Part shown: positions 1 to 13,769 of the stretch, piece after piece
Layout: each line of letters starts with the position of its first letter
How positions within the stretch are numbered: position 1 is the first letter of the stretch
Origin: Phyllosticta citribraziliensis
Lineage: Eukaryota
Length of the DNA stretch: 64,000 bases
Assembly: GCF_038025025.1 (NCBI RefSeq)
Contig: NW_027117352.1
Location: 62,001-126,000, forward strand
Reading direction: 5' to 3'
Translations under genes and position numbers: made by a program
Notes under the pieces: model-generated
What the model was told of the DNA's origin: nothing
Databases searched by the model: none
The model's input: only the letters and a program-made list of their open reading frames with translations

Positions 1-1503
1 GATGAGCGACGGTTCGGAGCTTGCGCAGTGGTGCTGATGGCCCAGGACAGGGGACGGTACAGCGGCAAGCGCCTGTGCAGCCGCCGCCGGTGTCTCGCTT
101 AACCCACTCAATTCACCTACACTCCAGCCTCGTCCCCTGGCCCCCGCCCCCGTCATAGTGGCCGTCGAAAACCGCCACAGCGCCCAGATTTTCCGATTCC
201 CTTACCCCCCGGTCCCGGAACTAACCCCCTTGTAGCCTCCCGCAAGCCCTCGGCTTGGTGCCATGCATGCCCGGCCTTTCAAACATGGAGGGGGGGTAAG
301 CCTGAGGCTCCCCGTGGCGCAGATCGCTAACGGCTTGCTGCTGCTCACCGTCTACTGTTACCATTGCTCGCTGCCTGTGGAGGCCCTCTAACACCGCCTG
401 GACAGCCGCTCGCCAGTTGTGACGCGGTGGCCTACCAGATGCCGCAACATCCATCCCGAACGGCCGGTTTGACTGCACGCAGCCGGTCCCAGCCCCTGGT
501 GTAGACGCCGTTCTGCACGAGGACGCCAGAATCCTGAGCCATACCATCATCGTGCGCGCGGGAAGCCTTCGACGAGCACGCCGTTGGCCCTTGGTTGCTA
601 GTGCATTTTGCTCGTGCAACAAACAACCACTGGGCATTGTCATTTCCCAGAGGAAAGAGTGAAAAAAAAAGGCCCAGAGTCAATCATGGCCTGCAATGTA
701 ACTCGGATGACTGAGCACAAGAATCGCTCAGCCAGCTGCAAGATCTGGGGTCCCGCAATGCCCTTGACTTCTGCAAGAGCTAGGATGAAGCAGTAACCGA
801 ACGTGTCTGCCTCCTTTGGAACGCTGGCTGACAGCACAGACGGCGGCACATCGCCAGCATCCGGGAGGAGGAGACCCGTAACCCCTGTCAATGTCCGAGG
901 AAACCGGGACGGCGCCTTCACTTCCACGCTCTATCATACTTGCTATCTGTGGTACTAACAATAGCCCTGCTTACCAGCAACACGCGCCACCGTCCTAGCC
1001 GCGCACCAACCAGGAAGATGTCTGTTGCATACCTGCCAGTTCCTCACGTCAATCAGTCCTGACTGTGCGTCTTCGGCATCCTGGAAGGCCCAGGCTGCCG
1101 GACGGGCTAGCCCGGTCATCGTAGCGATTAGAGTCCAAGCTCTGACTGCTACTGATCAGGGTAGGATTGGAGGTGTGGTGCCTACCTACATATATGCCCT
1201 GCCGGCCAACTTGCTTTAAAGCACAACCTCCTCCAGTACCGCTTAGTGGCCTCATAGGACCTCCTCCCTTTACGTCTTTCCCCTCGTAATTCCTGCCTCC
1301 ATAGAGCATCGGCCAACTCCTGCCTATGACCGACTGACACTGTCTTTCTCTTCCCGTCTTCGACCTTTGCTCAACGACCGATTCTACCAGGCCTCGCTTC
1401 ATATCGACACTACCTATCCCGTTGATATACTCGGACCTTCTTATAGACCTACCCCTGTAACCTAATTCTAATCCACCCGAACGACACCTACAAATTCGTC
1501 ATC

Positions 1504-4500
1504 ATGAACATTCTCATCTTCGGCGATCAGACCGCTGATCAGTACCCGCTTCTGCGGAAGGCGGTCCTCCGGAAGAACAACGCCCTCCTCTCGACCTTTT
1601 TGGAGCGTGCGAGCATTGTGCTCAGGGACGAGGTTGAACGTCTTCCCCGCCCCCAGAGGGAGAGCATACCGGACTTTCTTTCCGTTTCTTCTTTGGTCGA
1701 GGCCTACTATGAAAAGGGTCAGAGGAACCCTCAATTGGAGAGCTGTCTCGTCACCATCGCTCAGCTTTCTCACTTCTTGGGGTACGTCTTTTGCTGCCTG
1801 ATTGTTTGATATACCCATTCTAACCGTCCCAGGTATTTCGGCGAAAACCCCTCCGAGCTTCCCGTTGCTTCCAACACGAGAATTCTCGGTCTTTGCACTG
1901 GCCTCCTCGCTGCGTCCGCGGTGGCCTCTGCCAAGTCGCTGAGCGACCTTTTGCCCCTCGCCGTCGAGGCTGTCCGCATTGCCTTCAGGACCGGCACGTG
2001 TGTTGGAACTGCCAAGGCCGCTCTCGAGCATGTCAACGAAACTAACGACAGTTGGTCCACCATCGTCGCGGGTATATCCGAGCAGACCGCAAGGTCTGCG
2101 CTCGCAGAGTTTCACCAAGCAAAGGCCATCCCGGCCTCGCACCATGCGTACGTTAGCGCCGTTAGCGTCATGGCCATCACAATCAGCGGTCCCCCTGCTA
2201 CCACCAGGCGATTCTTCGAGGAGTGTGACGCAGTCAAGAACAGCAACAAGGTGCCTATCCCCGTTTACGCACCTTACCACGCCTCGCACCTGCACAACAA
2301 ATCCGACATCGACGCCATCCTTGACGGCGATGTCCGCAGGAACTTGGCGCAGTTCCGTCCCAACTGTCTCATTCACTCCTCCACGACGGGCCAATGCCAC
2401 AACGTCACCAGCACTCTGGAACTCTTCGAGCTTGCTCTCGGCGAGATCCTGCAGGAACCTGTGAGATGGGATCGTCTTCTCGAGGAGGTCGTGTCTCAGG
2501 TTACCGCTTTCAGCAAGTCTGAATGCACGGTTACCGCTCTGGGCATCACCAACGTCGCAAACAGTCTTGTTTCAGCGCTCCGCGCAGGTGGCCAAACCTC
2601 CATTTCTGGCAGGGATCACACTGCGTGGGCCAAGGCCATCGAGCCCCACGCGGGTCGTACCCAGAACGACAAGATTGCCATTGTCGGTATGGCTGGTCGT
2701 TTCCCCAACGCCGCTAGCCATGACGCTCTGTGGGAGCTTTTGGAGAAGGGACTCGATGTTCACCGCGAAATTCCCTCGGACCGTTTCGACGCTGCAGCCC
2801 ATTACGACCCGACCGGTAAGGGCAAGAACAAGGCCCACACCAAGTTCGGTTGCTTCATCGACGAGCCTGGTCTTTTCGACCCTAGGTTTTTCAACATGTC
2901 TCCCCGAGAGGCTGCCCAGACTGACCCTATGGGTCGTCTCGCCCTCACCACGGCATACGAAGCTCTGGAGATGTCTGGTTACGTCCCCAACCGCACTCCG
3001 TCCACCAAGCTGCACAGAATCGGTACTTTCTACGGTCAGACCTCCGATGATTGGCGTGAGATCAACGCGGCTGAGAACGTTGACACGTACTTCATCACTG
3101 GTGGTGTGCGTGCCTTCGCGCCTGGTCGTATCAACTACTACTTCAAGTTCTCCGGTCCCTCGTACAGCATCGACACGGCCTGCTCGTCCAGTTTGGCAGC
3201 CATTCAGTTGGCCTGCACATCGCTCTGGGCCGGTGACTGTGACACCGCTTGCGCCGGTGGTTTGAACGTCCTGACCAACCCCGACATTTTCTCTGGTCTT
3301 AGCAAGGGTCAGTTCTTGTCCAAGACGGGATCTTGCAAGACCTACGACAACGACGCTGATGGCTACTGCCGTGGTGACGGCTGTGGTACCGTCATCCTCA
3401 AGCGTTACGAGGACGCCATTGCTGACAAGGACAATATCCTTGGTTGCATTCTTGGTGCCGCTACCAACCACTCGGCTGAGGCTGTCTCCATCACCCACCC
3501 CCACGCTGGTGCCCAGGAGTTCTTGTACAAGAAGGTCCTCGCCAACGCTGGTGTTGACGCCCACGATGTCAGCTACGTCGAGATGCACGGTACTGGTACC
3601 CAGGCCGGTGATGGCATCGAAATGACCTCCGTCACCAACGTCTTTGCGCCCCGCCACCGCCAGCGTCGCCCCGAGCAAACTCTGCACTTGGGTGCCATCA
3701 AGGCCAATATTGGTCACGGTGAAGCCGCTTCCGGTATCAACTCTTTGATCAAGGTCATGATGATGCTCAAGAAGGGCGCGATCCCCGCCAATGTTGGTAT
3801 CAAGGGTGTCATGAACAAGACCTTCCCCAAGGATTTGATCCAGCGCAACGTTCACATTGAGACCCAGCAGGTCGCTTTCCCCAGGAAGGGTGCCGAGAAG
3901 CGTAGGGTCTTCTTGAACAACTTCAGTGCTGCTGGTGGTAACACTGCCATCCTCATGGAAGACGGTCCTTTGAGGGAGGCCCCGACTGGTGTGGATCCTC
4001 GTGGTTCCCACGTCATCGCCGTCTCCGCTCGTTCGATCGCTGCCCTGAAGCGCAACATCGACCACCTCGTCCAGTACGTCAGCGAAAACCCGGAGACTAC
4101 CCTCGCCAGCCTTGCGTACACTACGACCGCTCGTAGGATTCAGCACAACTACCGTGTCGCTTTCACGGTCTCCGAGATGTCCAAGGTCAAGGAGGGTCTT
4201 CAGGCTCAGATGAAGGACAGCTACAGCCCCATTGCCATGGTCCCTACCAAGACCGCCTTCGCTTTCACCGGCCAGGGCTCTCAGTACACCGCTCTTGGAC
4301 AGAAGCTGTACCAGGACCTTCGGTCGTTCAAGACCGACATCGACTCGCTCGACCACCTGGCTCGCATTCAGGGCATGCCTTCGTTCCTTCCTCTTTTGGA
4401 TGGCACTGATGTTACGACTCTCTCCCCCGTCGTTGTGCAGCTTGGAATGGCCTGTATCCAGGTTGCGCTTGCTCGCATGTGGTCCGCTCTGGGTGTCAAG

Positions 4501-7500
4501 CCTACTGCCGTTGTTGGCCACAGCCTGGGCGAGTACGCGGCCCTGCACGTCGCAGGTGTCATCTCGGCTGCCGACATGATCCTGTTGGTCGGTCGTCGCG
4601 CCCAGATGCTTGTCGATGACTGCACCGAGTACACCCACGGTATGCTCGCAGTCAAGGGCAGCGAAGATGCCATCACCGATGCTCTTGGTGGTGATATGAT
4701 CGAGGTCGCTTGTGTCAACGGCCCTGAGGAGACTGTTCTCTGTGGCACCACTGAGGTCGTCGAGAAGACGGCCGAGGCTCTGGGCGCCAAGGGTTTCAAG
4801 TCCACCAAGCTGAAGGTCCCCTTCGCCTTCCACTCTGCTCAGGTCGAGCCGATCCTTGAGTCCTTCAAGGCCGCTGCCGCTGCAGTCACCTTCCAGAAGC
4901 CCATCGTCCCCGTCCTCTCTCCTCTCACTGGCGAGGTCATCCGCGAGGCTGGTATCATTGGCCCTGACTACCTGGCCAGGCACGCCCGCGAGACGGTCAA
5001 TTTCTGGTCCGCATTGTCGACCGGCGAGGAGGAGAAGGTTTTCGACGAGAAGACTGTCTGGGTCGAGATTGGTGCTCACCCAGTCTGCTCTGGCATGGTC
5101 AAGAATTCTCTCGAGGGTACCCCAACCACTGCTCCCTCGCTCCGCCGCAACGAGGACCCCTGGAAGACGATCTCCAACAGCCTCGTCACCCTGTACACCG
5201 CTGGTGTGTACATTGACTTCAACGAGTTCCACCGCGAATTCAACGATGCGCACGAGCTCCTCACTCTGCCCACGTACAGCTTCGACAACAAGAAGTATTG
5301 GCTCGACTACCACAACAACTGGACTCTTACCAAGGGTGATGTCGTTGCTCCTGTCAAGGAAGTTGCGGCTAAGCCTGTGCCCGAGGTCAAGTCCAAGCTG
5401 TCGACCACCTCGTGCCAGAAGATCATCAAGGAGGATTTGCACGCCAACTCCGGCAAGATCACCATCCAGTCCGATCTTACGGAGCCCAAGCTTCACAAAG
5501 CGGTCAGCGGCCATCTTGTGAACGAGGCCCCTCTGTGCCCGTCTTCGCTTTACGCCGACATGGGTATCACCGCCGCCGACTACTTGTACAAGCAGCTGCG
5601 CCCTGGTGCACCCGAGGTTGGCTACAACTTCTGCAAGATGGAAGTGCCCAAGCCTTTGATCGCCAAGCTGCCTCCTCCTCCTGAGGGCCAGTTCCTCAAC
5701 CTCGAGGCTGAAGCTGACTTGGAGACCAAGGAAGTTACGCTCAAGTTCTACAGCGTCACTCCCGAGGGCGAGAAGATTGCTGAGCACGCCTACGGTTCCG
5801 TCATGTACGAGGACCTCGAGGCTTGGAAGGAGGAGTGGGGTCGCACCCAGTTCATGGTCCAGACCCAAATCGATCTCCTCCACCAGAAGCTCCAGACTGG
5901 TGCCGCCCACAAGGTTCTTCGTGGCATGGCCTACAAGCTCTTCAAGGCTTTGGTCACCTACAGCGACACCTACCGTGGTATGGAGGAAGTTGTCCTCGAC
6001 GGCAAGCAGACCGAGGCCAGCTCCATCATCAAGTTCCAGACCAAGCCCGAGGATGGCGAGTTCTACTGCGCTCCTTACTGGATCGACAGCTTGGCTCACA
6101 TCTCTGGTTTCATCGTCAACGCGTCGGATCTTGTCGACTCTGAGAACAGCGTCTACATCTCTCACGGCTGGAAGTCCGTCAGGTTCATCAAGAAGCTGTC
6201 GCCCACTGCCACCTACCGCAACTACGTGAGGATGCAGCCTGCTCCTGGCAACATCTCCCAGGGTGACGTCTACATCCTTGAGGGCGACGAGATTGTCGGT
6301 GTTGTCACCGGGCTCAAGTTTCAGAACATTCCTCGTCGCGCCTTGAACGTCATGCTTCCGCCTCCCAAGAAGGGTGGCTCGGCCCCCGTGGCCAGGCCCA
6401 TCGCTGCCAAGCCTGCTGCCGCTCCCGTTGCTGCCGCCCCCAAGGCCGTTGCTGCTGCCCCGGCCAAGGCTGCGAAGAAGGCTCCCAAGGCTGCTGCTCC
6501 CAAGACTTCTACCGGCGTCATCTCTGGCCGTGTCATGAAGATCATCGCCGAGGAGTGTGAGCTTGACATGTCTGAATTGGTCGACGAGGCTGCCTTCGAG
6601 AACATGGGTGTCGACTCGCTCATGTCCTTGACTATCTCTGCCAAGTTCCGCGAGGATCTCGACCTCGAGATCAGCTCCAGTCTCTTCACTGACTATCCCA
6701 CTGTCGGCCAGATGAGGAAGTTCTTCGCTCAGTACGATGGCGCTGCTCCCATTGCCGACTCTGAGGATTCGACCGAGTCCGATATGTCCGACCCGCGCAC
6801 TCCCGACGAGGACGACTCCGACACCAACCCCAGCTCCGCTCCCAGCGTCGCCGGCGGCAAGGAGGAGTTTGTCGAGGTCAAGATGAAGGAGAGCGTCCAG
6901 GTTACTTCCGGCTCCATCAGCCTCGCCCGTCAGATCATCGCCGAGGAGATGGGTGTTCCATCTACCGAGATCGGTGACCAGGCTAGCCTCAGCGAGCTCG
7001 GCATGGACTCGCTCATGAGCTTGACCATTATGGGTGCTCTTCGCGAGCAGACGGGCGTTGATCTTCCTTCGACCTTCTTGACTACCAATGACACCATTGA
7101 GGACATCGAGAATGCTCTTGGTATGCGTTCCAAGACCACTACCGAGAAGGTGCAGGTTGAGGCTGCTGCCAAGGTCGAGAAGAAGAGTGCTCCCAAGCCC
7201 AAATCTCGCAAGCCCTCCTCCAAGTCTCCTCAGCTCTCCGAGGTGAACAAGAAGCTGATCCCGCCTACCTACGACTTGTCAAAGTACCCGGCTGCCACTT
7301 CTGTTCTTCTCCAGGGTAACGCGAAGATTGCGACCAAGAAGCTCTTCTTCCTGCCTGACGGTTCCGGTTCTGCCACCTCGTACATCTCCATCCCCAACTT
7401 GTCGCCCGACTTTGCCGTGTACGGACTCAACTGCCCGTTCATGAAGAAGCCTGAGCAGTGGACTTGTGGCGTGGAGACGGTTACCGCCATCTACATTGCT

Positions 7501-8128
7501 GAGATGAAGCGTCGTCAACCCGAGGGTCCCTACTTCGTTGGTGGCTGGTCTGCTGGTGGCGTCCTCGCCTACGAGGCCGTCCAACAGTTGCTTGCCTCAG
7601 GTGACAAGGTCGAGAAGCTTCTCTTGCTTGACTCTCCCTGCCCCGTCGATCTGGATCCTCTCCCCGCCCGTCTGCACCACTTCTTTGACTCGATCGGTCT
7701 TCTCGGTACTGGCAAAGCCGGTGGTACTCCCGGCTGGCTTCTTCCTCATTTCGCCTCCGCTATCAAGGCGTTGAAGGAGTACAAACCTGTCCCGATGCCT
7801 AAGGACTCTGCGCCAGAGACGTACGCGATCTGGTGCACTGATGGTGTCTGCCCCAACCCCGATGACCCGCGCCCTCCTCCTGCTGAGGATGAGGATCCGG
7901 CTCCCATGAAGTGGTTGTTGAACAACCGCACCGACTTCGACCACAACGGCTGGGGTCAAATCATACCCGTGGAGAAGATGAAGTTTGGTGTGATGGGTGG
8001 AAATCACTTCACGATGATGAAGGAGCCTTACGTAAGTCGCCTTTACTCAATTTGACATTTTCAACTCGCTGACATTATCATAGGCTGAGAAGCTTGGTGA
8101 GCTCATCAGGACCGGTCTTGACTGTTAA
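1504..8128 (+). CDS. PKS1: Non-reducing type I polyketide synthase, DHN-melanin (T4HN synthase) type; SAT-KS-AT-PT-ACP-ACP-TE. Introns 1782-1832 and 8032-8083
   Basis: N-terminus MNILIFGDQT. Motifs: SAT GLCTG, KS DTACSSS/HGTGT/NIGHGE, AT GHSLGE/AFHS, PT GHLVN...WIDSLAH, two ACPs GVDSLMSL and GMDSLMSL, TE GWSAGG...GNHFTMM. Canonical introns restore the frame. Confidence 0.95.
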
Positions 8129-8532
8129 GAATTCAAAGTTGGCGTGAGCGCATTCTTTCTTTGGGATATTCACAACGGCGTTTGATCTTTTTGTGCAAAC
8201 CTTGTCTCTTTTGTTGTCACGAGTAAAGAGCGACGCAGGCTCTTGACCTCACGACATGATGGCCTCAACGGTAACATTTCCTATATCTTGTCATATCGGT
8301 GTTTTGCTTTATACACGGTTTTAGAGTTGGCTGGTTCAATGGGTAAGCAAATTGGGAGCGATGTTTGGATACACCTGTTTTTTTCTTTCGTTTCCTTCTT
8401 TCGTTTGGAACACTGGCATTTACATTTCCTTTTTGGAAGACGCATTAATGTACATAGAGGGTGAATCGGATATCATCACAACATCACAACAATCTTCCAC
8501 TGTCAACCTTTGTGCTACTTGACTTGAGTGAA

Positions 8533-8618
8533 TGATGCAGTGGCTTTGCAAAAGTAAGCAAACGCCGAAAGGGTTCGGAGTGTAGAATGATGGATAATCA
8601 CACCAAGCCACTGTATCA
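8533..8618. repeat. Short inverted-repeat element, possible mimp/impala-like MITE remnant
   Basis: TGATGCAGTGGCTT (8533-8546) vs AAGCCACTGTATCA (8605-8618), 13/14 complementary; left arm continues CAGTGGCTTTGCAAAAGT. Confidence 0.4.
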
Positions 8619-9114
8619 CAGCGCCGTGGTGGCGTCATGTCAGACAGGGTGCCATAGCCGCCACAGAGTCAGAGCGCAGTGGTGTGCTGGTGTCGGACTT
8701 CCTCCACCGGAGTCCGGTGCAAGATCGACAGCCGAACGCTTTATTTGGCAACCGAGACATGACAGTCGATGCAGTGTGGAGAGAGCCAAATTTGCCATCT
8801 GACGTGATCGGACAGCCATGTACAGAGCGGGAGCTCCGTCAGCACAACAATGACATTGTCAAGGACGGTGAGGCTTATGTTGGCAACACAAGAGTTGCGG
8901 TGCCTTTAGAGTTGAGATCTGCAGCAGGGAACTGGCCTTGAGGACAGCCAGGGTGTGTGGACTCCAGCGCACCGCCACAAGCCATTCCTTTCACCGCCTC
9001 ACAGCCACAAGAGCTGGATCCGGACTTTGACCGAGTGCCAAGCATTGGGGCATCCAGGTGGGCGGCGCCCCTCCAACCAACGCGCCAGACCACTGCTACG
9101 ACGCGTTTTCAATC

Positions 9115-9995
9115 ATGGCCACGACCGCCGCGGGTGCTATGTTAGTAGCTACTCCTCCAACGTGTCGGATCGCGAACTGATTGCCAGAACAGCAAAGATG
9201 CACCAACCAACCCCCGCGGCATTCCCTTTGCCCCGTTCGTCGACAAGGTCGAGGACTACTGTTCCTCGCGCGCCGATGTCGAGCCAACCCTCAAGAGCTT
9301 CCAGGAGATGATCTCGTGCGCCTTCAATCCTGCACTCCTTGCAAATTGGCTGCTTACACAATTTCGCGCCTAGAAAATACCAGTTCATGGAGGTCAACAC
9401 ACAGCGCCGCGCAGCCGGCCTCAAGGACAAGATCCCTGACATCCAAAAGACACTGGATACGGTGCAGTTTCTCAAGACGAGAAAGGTAGGGTACTTCAGA
9501 GAGCAAAGGTGCCGTATTGTGGTCCAAAGCTGAGGCGAACGCACAACAGCCGGATTCCGATCCCATCGAGACGACGTTTGAGCTCAACGACACGCTCTTC
9601 GCCAAGGCACAGATCCCGCCTACCGACGAGGTGTATCTCTGGCTAGGAGTGAGTGGATACCCAGGTCGGACACGGGGAGGTCATTGACAAAATACCCGCG
9701 CAGGCGAACGTCATGCTGGCATATCCCATCCCGGAGGCAGAGTCGCTGCTCGATGCCAAGTTGAAGGCGGCGCAGCTGAGCCTTTCCAACTGTCATGAGG
9801 ATTTGGATTTCCTGAGAGAGCAAATTACGGTGAATACCCTAGTGAATGATGGCAAGGGACTTGGCTAACAGAACTGGGCAGACCCTCGAGGTAGCTACAG
9901 CGCGTGTTTACAACTGGGACGTCCAGCTACGACGCAAGGAAAAGGTTGATTACGGGGATGCTGGCGGCAACAAGGACGCTACCAAAGCGTCATAA
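9115..9995 (+). CDS. PAC10: Prefoldin subunit 3 (Pac10/Gim2/VBP1), ~5 introns
   Basis: Spliced exons give NPRGIPFAPFVDKVEDY...FQEMISKYQFME...KIPDIQKTLDTVQFL...ETTFELNDTLFAKA...VYLWLGANVMLAY...EDLDFLREQITTLEVATARVYNWDV. Confidence 0.92.
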
Positions 9996-12900
9996 ACTCC
10001 CCAGATATGGAAATGAAAAAAAAAACTCCCTTGAAAATCCGAACTCCGAAATCCTGATCCTGGTGGTGCATAACACTTCAATACAAAGACCTCCCACAAT
10101 TCAATGGTCCGAGTCCTCGGAGCCGGGACAATATCTGGCCGCGACATGAGGCGATGGGTACGATGGCCCAGCGGAGCTTTTGGTGCTCGGCCGAGGACGC
10201 CGGCAAGAAATCTGATCTATTCCCAAGACGCGCTTTGCGTCATGCCGGAGCAGGGAACTGACGATTGCTTCTGGACCTAAAATCGTTTCAACGTGTCTCC
10301 CGCTCCCTGCTGCCTGGCCTCGGAAGCCTTTCCAAACTCGCGGGTGTTCGTCAGGAAGGCTCATGAAACGGCAGCCTCAACACCCGCCGCACGTACCCCC
10401 ATGACGCAATTCCTGCCCTTTCAAGACGTCTTCCCAAAGGGCACTTCGGCTCATTCGGCTCGTACCGCGCTTGTCGCAGGTTACGGGTGTTCCCATGCGT
10501 CCCCTCTGCCGTCGTCCTGGCTCTCCAAACGCGCGGGTGCCTGCCCACTACGTCGTTTCCATCAGGGCCCTCGTCTCAGGCGGTTACGGCAACAAGCGAC
10601 ATCCGCTACGCGCTGGGGTACGCTTGCCTTGACCAACTATGCAAGAGGTAATCAGTTTCGTGATGCTGACATGGTCGTCACTGTGCGTTGGCCACCTTTT
10701 GACGCGAGGCTTCTCCAAATGGTTGCAAGACGACCGTCACAAAATTCAGCTTCTTGAGGCCCGAAGTGTCGAAAACGCTTGAAAGCGAGCGTTCCTCCTC
10801 TCAGCTCCGGCTGGCTTTGCATAAGGAGCATTCAAGCGCCAAGTCTTGCACAGACCCACCTGCCTTACAGCGGGCCGCTAGAGGCGGATCGCGGATAACC
10901 CCCTTCTGCACATCCATGACAGTCCGCTCGTTTCCTGAGAACCTGCTTATGAATCTGATGGTTTTATCTACTGATCTGCCGCGGCGCCATTGGACCCTGG
11001 CGTAGGCTTCCCCAACACCACAGCTTGAACTGCGTCTAACCCCTTTTGGGTTCTCCTCGCGAGTATGCGCGCTCTGCACATCTCGGCCTCGGACTGGAGG
11101 ATTCTTCGCATTTGGGTCATTGGAAATATCCTTGCGCGTTGGCTCCGCGCCGTTTCCTTTCCTTCCCGTCTGCTCGCAGCTCGCCCTTTGCTTTCGGACC
11201 AGCAAGTCTTCCGGGCAACCGACATCTTCGCAACTTGAGTGCCTGCGAGACTGCGGCGGCATGCATTATGCGTGCTCAAGGACTGGGGCTCGCCATGAGT
11301 TCTTCAGTGCCCGAGAACCGGCATCCCGATGCCTCTGCCAAAGTAGGCGAGGGCACGTTGAGAGAGGCGAGAGCCGAAAGGCGAGATCCGTCGTCGGCTC
11401 TTCAATCGCTAGTCGGTCGCGCAGGCCGTCAAAGGGTACTCCTTCTACGGGAGCAGCAGCGGCAGATCGTCGATCGCGCGCGGCTCGCTGCCAAGGGGTA
11501 AAAGCAGCTTTTGCTTCAGAGGCATGCTTCAGGGCAGACACTCCTGTGAGCACACGGGGCCAGTAGTTATTGTCGGCCTACTTTTTATTGGTGTACGTCG
11601 GCGGAGCGCCGCTCGCACCTGTTGGGGGTGGATACCGAAATTGCAGGTTGCTCGTCGTTGTCTCTGCGTACGACGGTGTTGAGGATCGCGAGTCTGTTGC
11701 GATCTCGTCCCAGGTCGCGCCTTGGATAACGCTACGGGCGTTGTCTAGGGAGGCGACTGTCACTCCATCGCCGACTGTAAAGAGGCGATTTGAATTCAGG
11801 CGCTGGTCAGCCACATTGATGTGGTGGTGGCTGGCGTGCGTGTTGGCGACGAAGGAGGCGCTGCCTCCAGAGTGGATCGCGTGCCCTTTCACTTCAAGAG
11901 TTGCGGCGATCGAGCAGCCTTCCAGACAGCGTCGCCACAGCATGAATCCCCATGGTTCCAAACTTCAAGAGCCTTAGCTCTCAAAGTGGTGGCTGCCAAC
12001 GCTTCTTTCTCTCCTCTCTCCCGAGTCCATCCCCTCAATCACGCGCTCGCCCAGCCCAGCCCGCGCACTCCAGACTCGCAATCTCCACCTCTCGCGCTCA
12101 ATCACCCTCACGTGCACCATACGACATGACACGTATGCTTCCACCATCACTCATCATCCATAAGCAAGTCACGTTCTGGAAGGGGGCAATCAGTCCAGAT
12201 AGCCTGAATGAAGCCATGAAGCCACTACCACCAATATCCACTCCCGCTCCATCATGTCCCGTCACAGAATTGACGCGTTGTTGCTGCTCAAGTCACAAGT
12301 CAGCTTTGCGTGTGCCTCTTTGGGCCAATCGCTGCAGCCGGCTGATCAGACGGCAGCCTGTGCATGAAGATTGATCGTGGTGGTATTTTCTGGAAGCCCT
12401 TGGGTCGGCGGTGGTGCTGTTGGTGGTGGCTGGACCACTGAACTGAAGCGTTCGTCCGCTCGCTATCTGGAGCGTGCTTTGTTGCCCCGCAACGATTGCT
12501 GTGACGTGGAGTGGCTCGTCGCGGCGTCGCGTCTTTTCTGGTAGTGGTTTTGGATGGGTTGCGTTAGTGAATGAACGCTCCCTAAGGTAGGCGCGACTGC
12601 GGTGAAGTATGACAGCTCCCCGAGCGTAACTGCGGTAGTAGATGGATGCTCCTTGGGCGTAGGTGCCTGGTTGTCTGGCTGTGCGTTTAATTCTAGAGAT
12701 TCGGTAAAAAGCGATGCTGTTGCTGTTGCAGTCATTCCCCGGAATCTTGCGGTAGATGCCTAAAAAGGCTGTAATCCGCTGCTTTTACTGTTATATCTCC
12801 TCGCTAAAGGTAGAGACCAGGGAAGAGTCGTAGACTGATTTGTTGTGTGCGGACTCACCTACTGTCGCTTAGGGTGCACAAGCGATAGATAGACAGCACA

Positions 12901-13769
12901 TGGCCGAGCAAAATATGAAAGTGATAGTTCATGCAAGCCGCAGGCAGGAGACAGACTGATGTATCCTGAAGCCTGTTAGACAAAGCAGAGGCTTTGCTCA
13001 AGCCATTCTGAATGACAGCTGCCAGTCACCTTCGACTAGCGCCATCAAACCCATCTCCTCAGCCACCCAACCACCCAACAGCGATAAAATGGCATATCCG
13101 AAAGATCAGAAAAAGAATGCTGGTCGGCATTTGACGAGTAAGGGATTGGGACCCCGGGCTCCTGCCTTGCGGAGCTCTCCAACAAGGCAGCCACTGATTG
13201 CGGAGTTTTCCAAACAACCAATACGCTACCGCAACTTTGCAGACTTAGAAGCTCATCGTCGTTGGGTAGATGGTGAGTTGTGTGAGTTATATAGATGTGA
13301 CTTTGGAAGTGTGGGGAGAGGGTGGTGCCGTGTTGGAGGGAGTCACTTATGATGGTTGTTTGTTTGTTTGTTGGCTCACTGCATCTTGGAGGTGACTGGC
13401 TGACTGGCGACATTGTTTGGGGCATGTTGGACTTTTGACGTCCTCCTCCTGATCCTCCTCTACTTTCAAGTAAACAAATCTCCTCTCACCAGCGTCGAAT
13501 CTACCGTGTCTCTCACCACATCCTCGGGTGTCAAAAATGACAGAGAATATCAAGACCCGAGCCCAGAACACAAAAGCCTTCTTCCACACTCAACAGCTCT
13601 ACCCCACGCAGCAACACTCCAACAAGATCCTCTCTTTCCATCCACCTCGCCATATTAGCAAACTAAACATTACTCCACCTCCCTCCCTCCCTCCCTGCCT
13701 CCCTCCCCACCGCCAGTCCAACATTCCACATGTCCATCCGTCAATCCGTCTGTCCGTCACCTCCCCACT

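Noticed and set aside
2572..6165. 1197-aa antisense ORF inside the PKS (likewise antisense ORFs over PDC1, gpmI, RPT3, ACO1)
   Set aside because: Expected shadow of strong codon bias (TTA/CTA/TCA avoided on the sense strand); no motifs.
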